A DNA stretch of 64,000 nucleotides from the NCBI GenBank assembly GCA_903847975.1, contig CAINFC010000294.1, positions 811 through 64,810 on the forward strand, in the 5' to 3' direction. The notes below the pieces were generated by a model that made no database searches, was not told where the DNA came from, and saw nothing but the letters and a program-made list of their open reading frames with translations. Of this stretch, positions 16,745 to 26,812 are shown in pieces; positions within the stretch are counted from its first letter, which is position 1; every line of letters starts with the position of its first letter. Both the position numbers and the translations under genes were made by a program. The stretch comes from an uncultured Acidobacteriota bacterium. Lineage in GTDB: Bacteria > Acidobacteriota > UBA6911 > CAINFC01.

Positions 16745-18481
16745 TCAGCTTTTCCTTTCCTGCTTGCCGGCCGATGGCTGGTCGGCCTGCCTTTGCTCGG
16801 CAAGACGGGCCCGCGTCTGCCCCTGGACCTTTTCGCCCAGTTCTTCCTGGGAGACGGTCCGGTTCAGCTCCTCGCATTCCGATTCGAATTCGGCGCGCAG
16901 GGCGGCGATCTGCGCCTCGATCAGCCGGCGCTTGCGCTCGATTTCCCGCTGCTTGCGCTCGATATCCTGTCGCCGGACCAGGGTTTCCGCCTTGTCCCGG
17001 GCGTCCTGCACGATGCGGGAAGAGCCGGTAAGCAGCGTCCCGGAGGGCCCCAGGTAGACGTCGAGCAGCTCCACGCCGTTGTTGGTGAGCTGAAATTCCC
17101 GGATCTGGTTGGAGTGGGCCATGCCGCGGGACTTCAGCAGATAGATGCCGCGGTTGCGCTCCCCGCTGTTTTCGATGTCCCGCAGGAGCAGCCAGGTATC
17201 CATGATCGAGGAGATTCCCACGTCGGTGGTTTCGATTCCCGAACCGCCCGCAGAAAGGCTGGTGAAAAGCGTGGTAATCTGCCGGGACTTGAAAAAATCG
17301 ACCAGGCGGATCAGCATGGCTTTGCTTTCCGCCGGGCTGCCGATGGCTAGAAAATTGGTCACCGGGTCGACAATGACTACCTCGGGCCGATGCTGCTGGG
17401 TCAGCTTGTGCATGGTCACCAGGTGCATTTCCAGCCCATACAGCGTGGGGCGGGTGGCATGAAAATAAAGCAGGCCTTTTCGAACCCAGGGTTCCAGGTC
17501 GATGCCGATAGAGCGCATGTTGCGCATGATCTGCTCCGGGGATTCCTCGAAAGCGAACCAGAGGCAGCGCTCCCCCCGCCGGCAGCAGGCCTGGGCAAAA
17601 TGGGCCGCAATGCTGGTTTTGCCGGTTCCCGCGGTTCCGGAAACCAGGATGTTGCTGCCTCGGTAGTATCCTCGTCCTCCCATCATGGTGTCCAGGCGTT
17701 CGATGCCGCTGGGAATCCTTTCTGTGGAGGCCCGGTGCGAGAGATCCAGGGAGGTGATCGGCAGGACGGAAATGCCGTGTTCGTCGATCAGAAAAGGATA
17801 TTCGTTGGTGCCGTGCTTGGAGCCGCGGTATTTGACAATGCGCATGCGCCGGGTGGCCGTCTGCTCTATGATCCGATGGTCCAGAGCGATCACGCAATCG
17901 GCGACATACTCCTCCAGGCCGTAGCGGGTTAGGGTTTTTTCCCCCTGCTCTCCGGTAATGATGGCGGTCAGGCCGTGGTCCTTCAGCCAGCGGAACAGGC
18001 GGCGCAGCTCGGCCCGGAGAATGGCAGGGTTCGAAAGACCGGAAAACAGGGCCTCGATAGTGTCCAGCACCACCCGGCGGGCTCCAACTTGGGCTATGGC
18101 GTGCGACAGGCGCAGAAAAAGGCCTTCCAGGTCGTAGTCGCCGGCCTCCTGGATTTCGTTCCGGTCAATGTAGACGTAATCGACTGCGATTTTTTTCCTG
18201 CGGATCAGTCCGTCCAGGTCGAAGCCCAGCGGGCGGAAGTTCTGGGTCAGCTCCGGGCCGGTTTCCTCAAAGGATAGGAAGACGCCCGGCTCATCGAATT
18301 CCATGGCTCCGCGAAGGAGAAATTCCATGGCCAGCAGAGTCTTTCCACAGCCGGCCGTGCCGCAGACCAGCGTGGGGCGGCCCCGGGGCAGTCCGCCATC
18401 GGTAATTTCGTCCAGTCCCTGTATTCCGGTCGGGCATTTGGACAGATCGGGAGTATGGGGCGCGCGCTTCACTGGTTTCAT
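16745..18481 (-). CDS. kaiC: Circadian clock ATPase/autokinase KaiC (double RecA-like domain)
   Basis: 578 aa. CI Walker A VCGTAGCGKTLLAMEF plus EFDEPGVFLSFEET. CII Walker A VSGTAGTGKTSIAAHF. N-terminal GIQGLDEITDGGLPRGRPTLV and an overall duplicated architecture matching KaiC. Confidence 0.9.
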   Translation of the reverse strand: MKPVKRAPHTPDLSKCPTGIQGLDEITDGGLPRGRPTLVCGTAGCGKTLLAMEFLLRGAMEFDEPGVFLSFEETGPELTQNFRPLGFDLDGLIRRKKIAVDYVYIDRNEIQEAGDYDLEGLFLRLSHAIAQVGARRVVLDTIEALFSGLSNPAILRAELRRLFRWLKDHGLTAIITGEQGEKTLTRYGLEEYVADCVIALDHRIIEQTATRRMRIVKYRGSKHGTNEYPFLIDEHGISVLPITSLDLSHRASTERIPSGIERLDTMMGGRGYYRGSNILVSGTAGTGKTSIAAHFAQACCRRGERCLWFAFEESPEQIMRNMRSIGIDLEPWVRKGLLYFHATRPTLYGLEMHLVTMHKLTQQHRPEVVIVDPVTNFLAIGSPAESKAMLIRLVDFFKSRQITTLFTSLSAGGSGIETTDVGISSIMDTWLLLRDIENSGERNRGIYLLKSRGMAHSNQIREFQLTNNGVELLDVYLGPSGTLLTGSSRIVQDARDKAETLVRRQDIERKQREIERKRRLIEAQIAALRAEFESECEELNRTVSQEELGEKVQGQTRARLAEQRQADQPSAGKQERKS

Positions 18482-18557
18482 TCCTGGGTTTCCTCCTGCT
18501 TCCGAACCGCAATCTCACACTTATGAGGTGAGTATAGAATGATTGGGCCCGCCGTTC

Positions 18558-18574
18558 AAATACTTTGTGAGTAT
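18558..18574. promoter_or_regulatory. 17-bp palindrome AATACTttgtgAGTATT in the AT-rich kaiC upstream region
   Basis: Perfect 6-bp arms with a 5-nt spacer, about 80 nt upstream of the kaiC start, within the 300-bp intergenic region. Confidence 0.25.
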
Positions 18575-18788
18575 TAATAATAATGACGACCATTCCGGGA
18601 AGACGGATTCGTTCCATCATGGGACAAGTCCTTATCGGGACGGCACAACCGGACGAAAAAGCGATTATTTACGAAGCCGCCTCTTTTGATAACCCGAAAA
18701 AATCGCTGGAACCCGCAAAATCCGGCAATACCGGGTGTTCGCGAACCTGGCCCAATGGGATTTCTTCTTTTCCGCTCAATGGCCGATT

Positions 18789-19232
18789 TCATTCCGGGGT
18801 AAGCGGATTCCGGGAGAGCCATCCGCGGCTTGCCGCCTTGCGTGCCAGCAGGATCAGGAGAACGGCAATTGCCAGCACCAGGCCCTGTAACAGGAAAGGC
18901 ACGGGTCCGGCCAGGGACCAGACATCCGGCACAAGAAGCAGGCCGGCGTCCTGGACCGCCAGTCCGGCCAGGGAAGCAAGCAGCAGCGGCAGGGCCCAGT
19001 GACTGCGCCGCAGAAGCGCAAAGGAACCGGCCGCGCCCCCGCAAACGGCAATCGCCGTGGCGGATACCGCCCACCCGGTTCGCGATGCGAAGAGCGTCTG
19101 CTGCGCCGGGCTCATCCGGGAGATGTCTTCGGCGGTGACCAGCATGTCGCTGAGAAAAGCGAAGCATCCCAGCAGGTTCCAGAGGAGGGCCAGCAGGGCG
19201 ACCGGCCGATACCACTTGGGAATGGGCGTCAT
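18789..19232 (-). CDS. Hypothetical integral membrane protein (about 4 TM segments)
   Basis: MTPIPKWYRPVALLALLWNLLGCFAF... The ORF has four hydrophobic stretches. The overlapping 248-aa ORF in another frame is R/P-rich and was rejected. Confidence 0.4.
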   Translation of the reverse strand: MTPIPKWYRPVALLALLWNLLGCFAFLSDMLVTAEDISRMSPAQQTLFASRTGWAVSATAIAVCGGAAGSFALLRRSHWALPLLLASLAGLAVQDAGLLLVPDVWSLAGPVPFLLQGLVLAIAVLLILLARKAASRGWLSRNPLTPE

Positions 19233-19382
19233 TTTGATTCCTCCATGATTGGGTGGTCTCTTTATAGCCATTTTTTCGGTGTCCTCGTAAAAGGGTACGG
19301 CGCCTTTCAGGAAAAAACAAGTTTTGCGGCGCGACGCGTTTTTTGATTTTCCTGGAAACTTAATGAGCGGACCGGCATATTA

Positions 19383-21368
19383 TTGCAGGTGACCATAATT
19401 TCCGGGAAAAAGCTGCACCCCCAAGCCGCCTTGTGGACCTGCGCCCTGGGCGCGCTCTTGGCCATGCTTCGGATCGAAGCGGGAACCAATCCGTCTTTTG
19501 TTCTGTCGCTCTCGGACGGTACGCCCGTAACCATGAGCTTTTCGGCGGAGCCCGAATTAGCCGGCTGCCGGGCAATTTCCCTGCATCCGGACCGTCAGAG
19601 CTGGCGGTGCTCCGATTATTTATTGTACCTGTCCGTGCAGCGCGAGCCGTCTGCGGATCGAATCACCTTCGTGCTGCGCAGCCTGGACGGGTACGCCTTC
19701 CAGCTCCACGAGTACGGCTGCCGGGTGGCGGTGCCCCTGGAAAGCGGGAACGCCTTGTGGACCTTCAACCGCGAGGCGCAGCGGGACATCATGGAGACCG
19801 GTTTGGAGCGGCCGTGGGTCTACTTCAGTGCCGCCAACCGCGGCATCCCCTACCTGGCCCTGGTGGACCGCTCCGGGGGGAACCGGGTTTCTTTGGGCCT
19901 GCTGGAACAGGACCACATCGTCTTACTGCGGGGGGAGCCGGGTGCCGACCGGAAAAATTATGTGCTCACCCTCCGCCAGACCGACGATGCCATGGCCGGG
20001 CTTTTCCGGGACACCATTTACATCTCGCGGGACGGGAGTTCCTGGTTCCACAATGCCCGGAATTACACCCGGGCGGTGGACTCCCACCTGGGATTCCAGC
20101 CTCCATCGATCCCGGATGCGGCTCTGAATTCCACCTACGACAGCTGGTACTGGTCTCTCGATCATATCGACCAGGAGTTGACCTGGGATCTGGCGAAGCA
20201 AAGCCGGTCGCTCGGCTTCAAGTCCTACCTGATCGATGCCGGCTGGGACACTTCCGACGGAGAGTATGTCAAAGGACTGAAGGGCAAAACCGGAGATTAC
20301 TGGCCTCCGCCCGAAAAATTTCCGGATTTTGCCGGTTTGATTCAGGACATCCAGACGCAACTGGGAATGAAGGTGATGCTCTGGATGCAGCAGTACGCCA
20401 TGGGAAGGCTCTCCCGGTACTATGGCCCGCTTGGCTACTCGCTTTGCTCGGTGGGGGATCCGGAGGGGGGAAATCTGGCGGAAACTCCCATGCTGTGCCC
20501 TCGAACCCATGCGGTTCAGGACCATATGAAAGATCTTTTCGATCGGATCCTCGGCAGCTACCGCCCCGACGCCCTCTGGTTTGACTGGCAGGAGGAGATC
20601 CCCCAGGCCTGTGAGGCCAGCCACTCGCACCAGGACGACTACTTCGGGCAGGGGTACAACCGGACGCAGCAGATCATTCACGAGACCGTGCGCCGGTACT
20701 CGCCGGATATTTTTATCGATATGCGCTGGCCCTTTGCCAACCTCAATAATAAGCCTTATACCCATCTCTGGCAGCCGATCGATTCTGCCGGCGACTGGGA
20801 GGCCATGCGGCTTCGCGCCATGGTGATGCGTCCCTTCAGCGCGGGCCTGGTGATGGGCACGGACGAGATGTACTGGGACCCGAAACTGCCGGATGCGGAG
20901 GTGGCCCGTTTTATGGCCGCCGTGGTTTTCACCGGGGTTCCCTACTTCGGCCCCAATCTGCCGGCGGAGACTTCCGCCCACCGGGAGATGCTGAGGGCCT
21001 GGGTCGCTTTCTATGAGTCGAACCGGGAGGATCTGGTTTACGGCGACTTTTCCCCTTATGGCGACCGCGACCGGCCCGACCAACTGATCGAGGGACAAAA
21101 GGCAACCTATATTTATTATGGAAACCGCTTCGCGGGTGTCGTCCGGCTGGCACGGGCTCCGAGAGTGGTTCATGTCGTCAACAACTCCGACTCTCCCGGC
21201 ATCCAGCTGACGGTGCACGGCTTGAAAGAAGGGAAATACAGCGCTTCCGTTTCCGACCTGACCCTGCAGCACCGAAACAGGCCCGTTCCCGTCCGCCTTA
21301 CAGAGCAGGCAGTCCTGCGGTTCGACGTTCCGGTCGGGTGCCTTCTGACCCTGACTCCCATCGGATAG
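19383..21368 (+). CDS. Putative glycoside hydrolase (alpha-galactosidase-like TIM-barrel, GH27/GH36-like)
   Basis: 661 aa. KSYLIDAGWDTSDGEY and GMKVMLWMQ blocks resemble the catalytic-barrel motifs of alpha-galactosidases. Family assignment is uncertain. Confidence 0.55.
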   Translation: MQVTIISGKKLHPQAALWTCALGALLAMLRIEAGTNPSFVLSLSDGTPVTMSFSAEPELAGCRAISLHPDRQSWRCSDYLLYLSVQREPSADRITFVLRSLDGYAFQLHEYGCRVAVPLESGNALWTFNREAQRDIMETGLERPWVYFSAANRGIPYLALVDRSGGNRVSLGLLEQDHIVLLRGEPGADRKNYVLTLRQTDDAMAGLFRDTIYISRDGSSWFHNARNYTRAVDSHLGFQPPSIPDAALNSTYDSWYWSLDHIDQELTWDLAKQSRSLGFKSYLIDAGWDTSDGEYVKGLKGKTGDYWPPPEKFPDFAGLIQDIQTQLGMKVMLWMQQYAMGRLSRYYGPLGYSLCSVGDPEGGNLAETPMLCPRTHAVQDHMKDLFDRILGSYRPDALWFDWQEEIPQACEASHSHQDDYFGQGYNRTQQIIHETVRRYSPDIFIDMRWPFANLNNKPYTHLWQPIDSAGDWEAMRLRAMVMRPFSAGLVMGTDEMYWDPKLPDAEVARFMAAVVFTGVPYFGPNLPAETSAHREMLRAWVAFYESNREDLVYGDFSPYGDRDRPDQLIEGQKATYIYYGNRFAGVVRLARAPRVVHVVNNSDSPGIQLTVHGLKEGKYSASVSDLTLQHRNRPVPVRLTEQAVLRFDVPVGCLLTLTPIG

Positions 21369-21425
21369 GTTTCTGCGGCCTGCCGGAGAGGAGTCTCTGT
21401 CGGGAAGGCCGCAGCGGGCAAAGAG

Positions 21426-24400
21426 ATGAACAGTACGATCCGAACCATGATAGTTGCGCAGGCAGTCCTGCTTCTTGTCCTGTGCCGGGCCGGAGGGGCT
21501 TGGGCCGCGGAAAAGCCCGGGGCGTTCGCCGATTCGGCGGCAGGAACCTCCTCCCCCTGCCTCCCCTTCGCCGGAATCCCGAATCTCTATCCCGGTACCG
21601 GGCAGTCAGGCTCCTGCTCGCCCTGGGGTGGGGTCGGCCAGACGTTGACTGCCCCGATCACCCGCAGAGAACTGGTCTCCCTGCCGCTGGCCGGGCGCGA
21701 TTATACGGACCTGCTGATTCTTTCACCGGGAGTTTCCCCCAAAACCGTTACGGGAAACCTTATCGGGCCGCCCCTCCCGGCCCGTTTCCAGGTTGGCGGA
21801 GGAACCGAGTACAGCGGATCCTTTGCCGTCGGCCAGGCCGACAACACCAGCCGCACGACTTACGGAAGCGCCATCACCCCCTCCCTGGAAAGGATCGGGG
21901 AGGTGCAGATCCTCACCGCCGGGAGTTCCTGGGTGCAGGGCGGCGGTTCCTACAGTGTGGATGTGGTCCTGAAAAGCGGGAGCGAAAAGTTTTCCGGGTC
22001 GCTGTTCGAGTTTATGCAGCATGACCAGCTGAATGCCGGCAATTCTCTTTCCGGGCTGGAGCCGCCCCACCTGCGCCGGAGCCAGTTCGGGGGCAGTTTT
22101 TCGGGTCCGCTGCGGCGGGGCCGCCTTTTCTTTTCGGGTGGATATGAGGGAATAAGCGGGCGGGGTGCGGAACCGGCGATTACCCAGACCGCAACCGCCC
22201 AGCAGCGCGAGGGAATTTTTTCGGCGGAGGAAGGGGGCGATCCGGTCATCCGGGATCCTCTGACGGGAAAACCGTTTCCCGGAAACCGTATCCCTTCCAG
22301 CCGCTTTTCTCCCTTTGCCCGATACTTTCTGGACCGCATCTGGCCGCTGCCGAACTTTCAGACCCAGTTTTACCGGCAGAATGCGGTTGCCGATACGCGC
22401 TCGCATCAGGCCCATCTGCAGTTGGATTATCTTCCCGGCGCCGCCGACCGGATTTCCATCCAGATTTCGGGACAGGCTCTCACTTTCCGGCCGCTGGCGG
22501 CCCAGGCGCTTCTTTCGCCCCGGAACGAGAAATACGACCACCTGCTTGGCGGAGTGCACTATACGCGAATCCTCGACTCCCGGCGGACGAACCTGTTCAG
22601 TCTGGTTTTGCGGCATGACGATCAGCCCGTCCGGAGCAGCGCGGACGGCAGCGTGAATCCCTTCGCCGGCCAGGTCGGCCTGAACCTGGGAGAACCGGCC
22701 GGATCGGGCCTTCCGATGGTAATCATCACCGGCAAAGGGTTCAGCGGCCGGACCGGCCAGTGGGATACGCCGGAAGAGCATTCCGGAAACACCTTTCAGG
22801 TCCGGGATTTTCTTTCCTGGGTACAGGGAAATCACCGCTTCGGATTCGGCCTGGAAGCGAAACGCTTTCAGGACAACGAGAGGGAGGATTCCGCCGGCGT
22901 GGGTCAGTTCAGCTTCAATGGCCGGTACAGCGGCTCCGGCCTGGCCGACTTCTTCCTCGGCCTGCCCAACCAGGTGGACTTCGCCCCGGAACTGGGCCGG
23001 CTTTACTTCCGGAACTCCCTGTGGTCGGCTTTTCTTCAGGATCACTGGAATCTTCGCCGCAACCTGGCGATCAGCCTCGGCCTGCGCTACGAGTACCTTT
23101 CCTGGCCGGTCGAACGCTACAACCGGATGGCCACCTCCTATCCGCAGCTGGGAAGGCAGGTCGTGGTCAGTTCCTCGACCGGCCATCTTCCCGAAAGGCT
23201 GGACCCCGTGGCCCTGGACTCCTTTCCGGCGGGGACCTTTATTTCCAGCCGCCAGGCGGGACTGCCCCGATCGCTGCGCTTTCCCGACCGGAACAACTGG
23301 GCGCCGCAATTCGGCCTGGCCTTCCGGTATGCCGGCCGCCAGGTTCTGCGGGCCGGCTACCGCATCGACTATATAAAAAACAGTCAGTCCGTATTCAACG
23401 AGCGGAATGCCGGGCTGGGGCTTCCCATCCGGATCAACCGCACGGTGCTCAACCCCAACCCGCGGTATTTTGACATCCTGCAGCCCTTTGCCGGGAGGGC
23501 ATCGGCGGTGAAGGACACCATCGAATCCTCTGTCTACCTGGATCCGAATTTTCGCCTGGCGTATATGCAAAACTGGTGGCTGCAATGGGAGGGCGGCTTC
23601 TTCTGGAAATCCGAACTCCGGGTGGGGTATGCCGGCAGCCGGATGGTACACGGGAAGCAGACCTGGAACTGGAACCAGTCGCCGGACTGGCCCAACCGCA
23701 ACGATCGCTTCGAGGGCTACTCCGAAATTACGGCCCTGACCAGCGGTGCGGATTCTTTTTACCATGCGCTGCAGGCCGGACTGCAAAGGCAGTCGGCCCA
23801 GGGCTGGACGGGCCGGCTGAACTACACCTGGTCCAAGAACCTGGCCAACTGGGTGCCCGACAGCGAACCCGCTTCCATCTGGGTCCATGATCCGGCCATG
23901 CAGTGGGGCCGGAGCCGCTGGGATCGCCGGCATGCCGTGACCGGGAGTTTCATCGGCCCGCTGCCTCTGGGAAAAATTCAAAAGTGGCTGGGCTTCCTGC
24001 CGTGGCGCACGGACCGGATTCTGGGAGGCTGGGAGATTGCCGGCATTTTCCAGGTTCTTTCCGGAAAACCGCTGACCATCCTATCCTCCCTGGCGAAAGC
24101 CAATCTTTCGGTGTCGGGGAATGTGCCGGCGGACCGGTTGTCGCCGGGAACCCTGGCTCACCCCAACAGTGGCCGCTGGTTCGACCCCATGGCGTTTGCC
24201 ACCCCTCCGGCCGACCGGCCGGGAAACGCCGGGTACGGCGTGCTGGACGGGCCGGGGTGGATCACCGAAGATATCGCCCTCTATCGGGCCTTTCGGATCA
24301 GGGAGGGCGCCAGACTGCAATTCCGCCTGGAGGCTTATAACGCCTTGAACCACGTCAACCTGGGCGATCCGATCGTCGATGTCGACAACTGGAGCCACCT

Positions 24401-24464
24401 GGGCAAGATTCTCACCTCCGGTCCGGCCCTGCATTTCCAGCTTGCCCTGCGCCTCGATTTCTGA
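21426..24464 (+). CDS. TonB-dependent outer-membrane receptor (Acidobacteria-type; beta-barrel with C-terminal ...ALRLDF)
   Basis: 1012 aa. Signal peptide MIVAQAVLLLVLCRAGGAWA. Ends HFQLALRLDF (terminal aromatic residue typical of OM beta-barrels). Same architecture as the gene at 47063. The minus-strand ORF 21723..23981 (752 aa) is antisense. Confidence 0.8.
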   Translation: MNSTIRTMIVAQAVLLLVLCRAGGAWAAEKPGAFADSAAGTSSPCLPFAGIPNLYPGTGQSGSCSPWGGVGQTLTAPITRRELVSLPLAGRDYTDLLILSPGVSPKTVTGNLIGPPLPARFQVGGGTEYSGSFAVGQADNTSRTTYGSAITPSLERIGEVQILTAGSSWVQGGGSYSVDVVLKSGSEKFSGSLFEFMQHDQLNAGNSLSGLEPPHLRRSQFGGSFSGPLRRGRLFFSGGYEGISGRGAEPAITQTATAQQREGIFSAEEGGDPVIRDPLTGKPFPGNRIPSSRFSPFARYFLDRIWPLPNFQTQFYRQNAVADTRSHQAHLQLDYLPGAADRISIQISGQALTFRPLAAQALLSPRNEKYDHLLGGVHYTRILDSRRTNLFSLVLRHDDQPVRSSADGSVNPFAGQVGLNLGEPAGSGLPMVIITGKGFSGRTGQWDTPEEHSGNTFQVRDFLSWVQGNHRFGFGLEAKRFQDNEREDSAGVGQFSFNGRYSGSGLADFFLGLPNQVDFAPELGRLYFRNSLWSAFLQDHWNLRRNLAISLGLRYEYLSWPVERYNRMATSYPQLGRQVVVSSSTGHLPERLDPVALDSFPAGTFISSRQAGLPRSLRFPDRNNWAPQFGLAFRYAGRQVLRAGYRIDYIKNSQSVFNERNAGLGLPIRINRTVLNPNPRYFDILQPFAGRASAVKDTIESSVYLDPNFRLAYMQNWWLQWEGGFFWKSELRVGYAGSRMVHGKQTWNWNQSPDWPNRNDRFEGYSEITALTSGADSFYHALQAGLQRQSAQGWTGRLNYTWSKNLANWVPDSEPASIWVHDPAMQWGRSRWDRRHAVTGSFIGPLPLGKIQKWLGFLPWRTDRILGGWEIAGIFQVLSGKPLTILSSLAKANLSVSGNVPADRLSPGTLAHPNSGRWFDPMAFATPPADRPGNAGYGVLDGPGWITEDIALYRAFRIREGARLQFRLEAYNALNHVNLGDPIVDVDNWSHLGKILTSGPALHFQLALRLDF

Positions 24465-24796
24465 TCGATTCAAAGTGGGCATGCGCATCGCCGGCTTCCG
24501 GGATCGGCGTTCCTCCGTTGCATCCGCTGTTTCCGCGTTCCTTTCTGCTGACCGGACTTTCGCGACTGGAGCGGAGCCGGGACGGGACCCGGTGGATGCA
24601 TGTGCTCAAGACCCTGGTCATTTACCGTCTTTTGTCTCCGGTCAGCGAATGGCGGCAACCCCGGCATTGGTAGGAGCGCAGTGCGTTGGGAAATTTGCTG
24701 GGAGAGGATTTGGGGCGGGTGGCCAAAGGCGCGGAAGCTGATACAATCAGGGCACCGCTTGAAAGAGCTGCAAGAGCAGTGGGTGCGGCGAAAGAG

Positions 24797-26812
24797 CTAG
24801 CCTTCACCTTTCTCGATGGGGAGTTCCGGCCGGCTGGCCCATTCCGCCCAGCCTCCGTCGTACCAACTCACCCGTCGATAGCCCAAAAGGTGGCGCAGCA
24901 CGAAGTAAGTCTGGCTGGCTTGATGCCCGGTGCGACAGCTAACCACCACTGGCGAATCCTTGTTCGGGATCAGCTTTGCGTATGCTTCGTCGAGTTCGCT
25001 GAGTGCTTTAAAGCGAGTCACAGCATTGTCTGTGGACACGTCCAAAGTGAACGGCCGGTTGACCGCGCCGGGAATGCGCCCGCTACGCGCTTCTTCCGAC
25101 TTCTTGCCGTTAAAATAATCGCCGGGCCGCACATCGAGAAGCACAGCGCCCCGCTTTTGAAAGAGGGTCTGGACGTGCCGGTAGTCCACGCTGAACGTGT
25201 CTCCATCCGTCGCCACCGGGTATTCTGTGGCGACGATGTTTGGCAACAATGTGTCTATGGGTCGTTTCTCAACCGCCCATTGCTCCCACCCGCCGTTGAG
25301 AATGGCGTAATGCATGTGTCCCACCCGCTCCAAGGCCAGGGCTGCCAAGGTTGCGTCCTGTAGCTTGTCGGTTGGTACCAGAACAACCTGCGTTTGCTGC
25401 TTAATCCCAAGCAGGCCCAGGTGACGTGCGATCATGTCCGCCGGAAGCAGCATGGACGAAACACCACCAACTGCGCCGCGGAAATGCTCCACATCCATCC
25501 GCACCGAACCAGGGATATGGCCGCCATTGTAGGCAGGCTGCAGACGCAGATCGATAATGCGCAGGTCCACACGACCCAGATTCTCTTGCAGCCACGATGT
25601 CTCAACCATGCGGGGGGTGTCGCTCTGCGGATTCATGGTTTTGGCGGCATGAGTTGGCGGTCCACTCAGGAAGAACCTCCGCCACGCGGTGACCTTGGCC
25701 GCTTGGGGATCGGAGAGCGGTGTGCGGCGCAGGGAAACTGGTTTCAATACTTCCTGGATAAAGCCTTGTAGGCCATCTGTCAGCAGGTAGGCATTCACGA
25801 ATCCCATCCGGGCCAGGGTATCCCGGGCTTGGGCCGGGTGGGTCATCCCATTGGAGTACAGCACAATCTTGCTCTTGCTTTTGTGCGGCGCGAGAAACTC
25901 CGGAAGGTCTGCGGCGGCAACGTTGACTGCGCCACGGATGTGAAACGTGGCAAACTCGCCTGGCGTGCGGATATCCACAAGCAACAGACTGGAGTCCCCG
26001 GCCATCAAGAGGTCGGCTAACTCATCGGGTTCGATGTGATCTTCGCCGGCCTCCATAGCCTGGAGCATGCTCGTTTCCAAGAGGGCGGCAGGGCTCTCCA
26101 TCTTTGCGGAAGGCGCTACTGGGGGGAGCAACGCCACGGCCAGCGCTCCAACCAGGATTATGGCGCTGAATGCTTTCAGGAATGGACTTCCCCAATAGGG
26201 GCCGTTGCCCGCCACTTTCTTCTCGATCCATTCCGAGCCCCAGAAAGCCGTCACGGCAACCGCAGAAAAGAGGAGTGCGAACATCGGACCCGAAACGCCC
26301 AGTGCTTCCCAAACGAATTGGACGCCGCTGTCACCCCAGGTTGCAAGCGGTCCGAAGATCCCGTAAAGCTCATTGAAGAGAATGCTGCCCAGAGCGCCGC
26401 CGCCGAGAAAAATCAGAGCATCGAGGCGTCCGCTGGCGAGCCCGACGGCGGCGGTACCGGGGCACCACGAACTCAAAACGAAACCCACGCCAAAGAGCAG
26501 GCCGCCGAGGATCTGCGCACCGTAAATAGTGGGCAGGACATAGATTTGTCCCGCGCCGACGACCCCCAGAGCGATTGCCAACTGCAAGCCAAGCATCGCC
26601 GTGACCATCGCAGTGAACATTACCCGCAGCACCGTCATGTCGCGGAAATAGAAGATGCCCGCGAGCCGCCGCGAGCTGCCGAAACCGGCCTGTTCGAGCG
26701 CGAAACCAAATCCGAACCCAAGCAGCAGCGACAAAATAAATGCCGCACTGGATCCCAGGCCATCTTGGCCAAATAAGGTGGTAATCATTGCCACTGCCTC
26801 CGGCAAAACCAA
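24797..26812 (-). CDS. YeeE/YedE-family sulfur-compound transporter fused to three rhodanese domains
   Basis: 671 aa. N-terminal polytopic membrane domain with GxxxG-rich helices and the CPG motif of YeeE/YedE (LSSWCPGTAAVGLA). Then repeated rhodanese modules with catalytic Cys (e.g. SCRTGHQAS). Ends GGWAEWASRPELPIE. Confidence 0.8.
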   Translation of the reverse strand: MVLPEAVAMITTLFGQDGLGSSAAFILSLLLGFGFGFALEQAGFGSSRRLAGIFYFRDMTVLRVMFTAMVTAMLGLQLAIALGVVGAGQIYVLPTIYGAQILGGLLFGVGFVLSSWCPGTAAVGLASGRLDALIFLGGGALGSILFNELYGIFGPLATWGDSGVQFVWEALGVSGPMFALLFSAVAVTAFWGSEWIEKKVAGNGPYWGSPFLKAFSAIILVGALAVALLPPVAPSAKMESPAALLETSMLQAMEAGEDHIEPDELADLLMAGDSSLLLVDIRTPGEFATFHIRGAVNVAAADLPEFLAPHKSKSKIVLYSNGMTHPAQARDTLARMGFVNAYLLTDGLQGFIQEVLKPVSLRRTPLSDPQAAKVTAWRRFFLSGPPTHAAKTMNPQSDTPRMVETSWLQENLGRVDLRIIDLRLQPAYNGGHIPGSVRMDVEHFRGAVGGVSSMLLPADMIARHLGLLGIKQQTQVVLVPTDKLQDATLAALALERVGHMHYAILNGGWEQWAVEKRPIDTLLPNIVATEYPVATDGDTFSVDYRHVQTLFQKRGAVLLDVRPGDYFNGKKSEEARSGRIPGAVNRPFTLDVSTDNAVTRFKALSELDEAYAKLIPNKDSPVVVSCRTGHQASQTYFVLRHLLGYRRVSWYDGGWAEWASRPELPIEKGEG

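Noticed and set aside
16464-17897. 477-aa minus ORF overlapping kaiC in another frame
   Set aside because: Extremely Arg/Pro/Gly/His-rich. The kaiC frame has double Walker A motifs and KaiC collinearity.
21723-23981. 752-aa minus ORF
   Set aside because: Antisense to the TonB-dependent receptor gene.
24379-25363. ORFs 24379..24741 and 24686..25363 in the convergent gap and 3' end of the YeeE gene
   Set aside because: No motifs, and they overlap the well-supported minus-strand YeeE-rhodanese gene. Likely noncoding or antisense.
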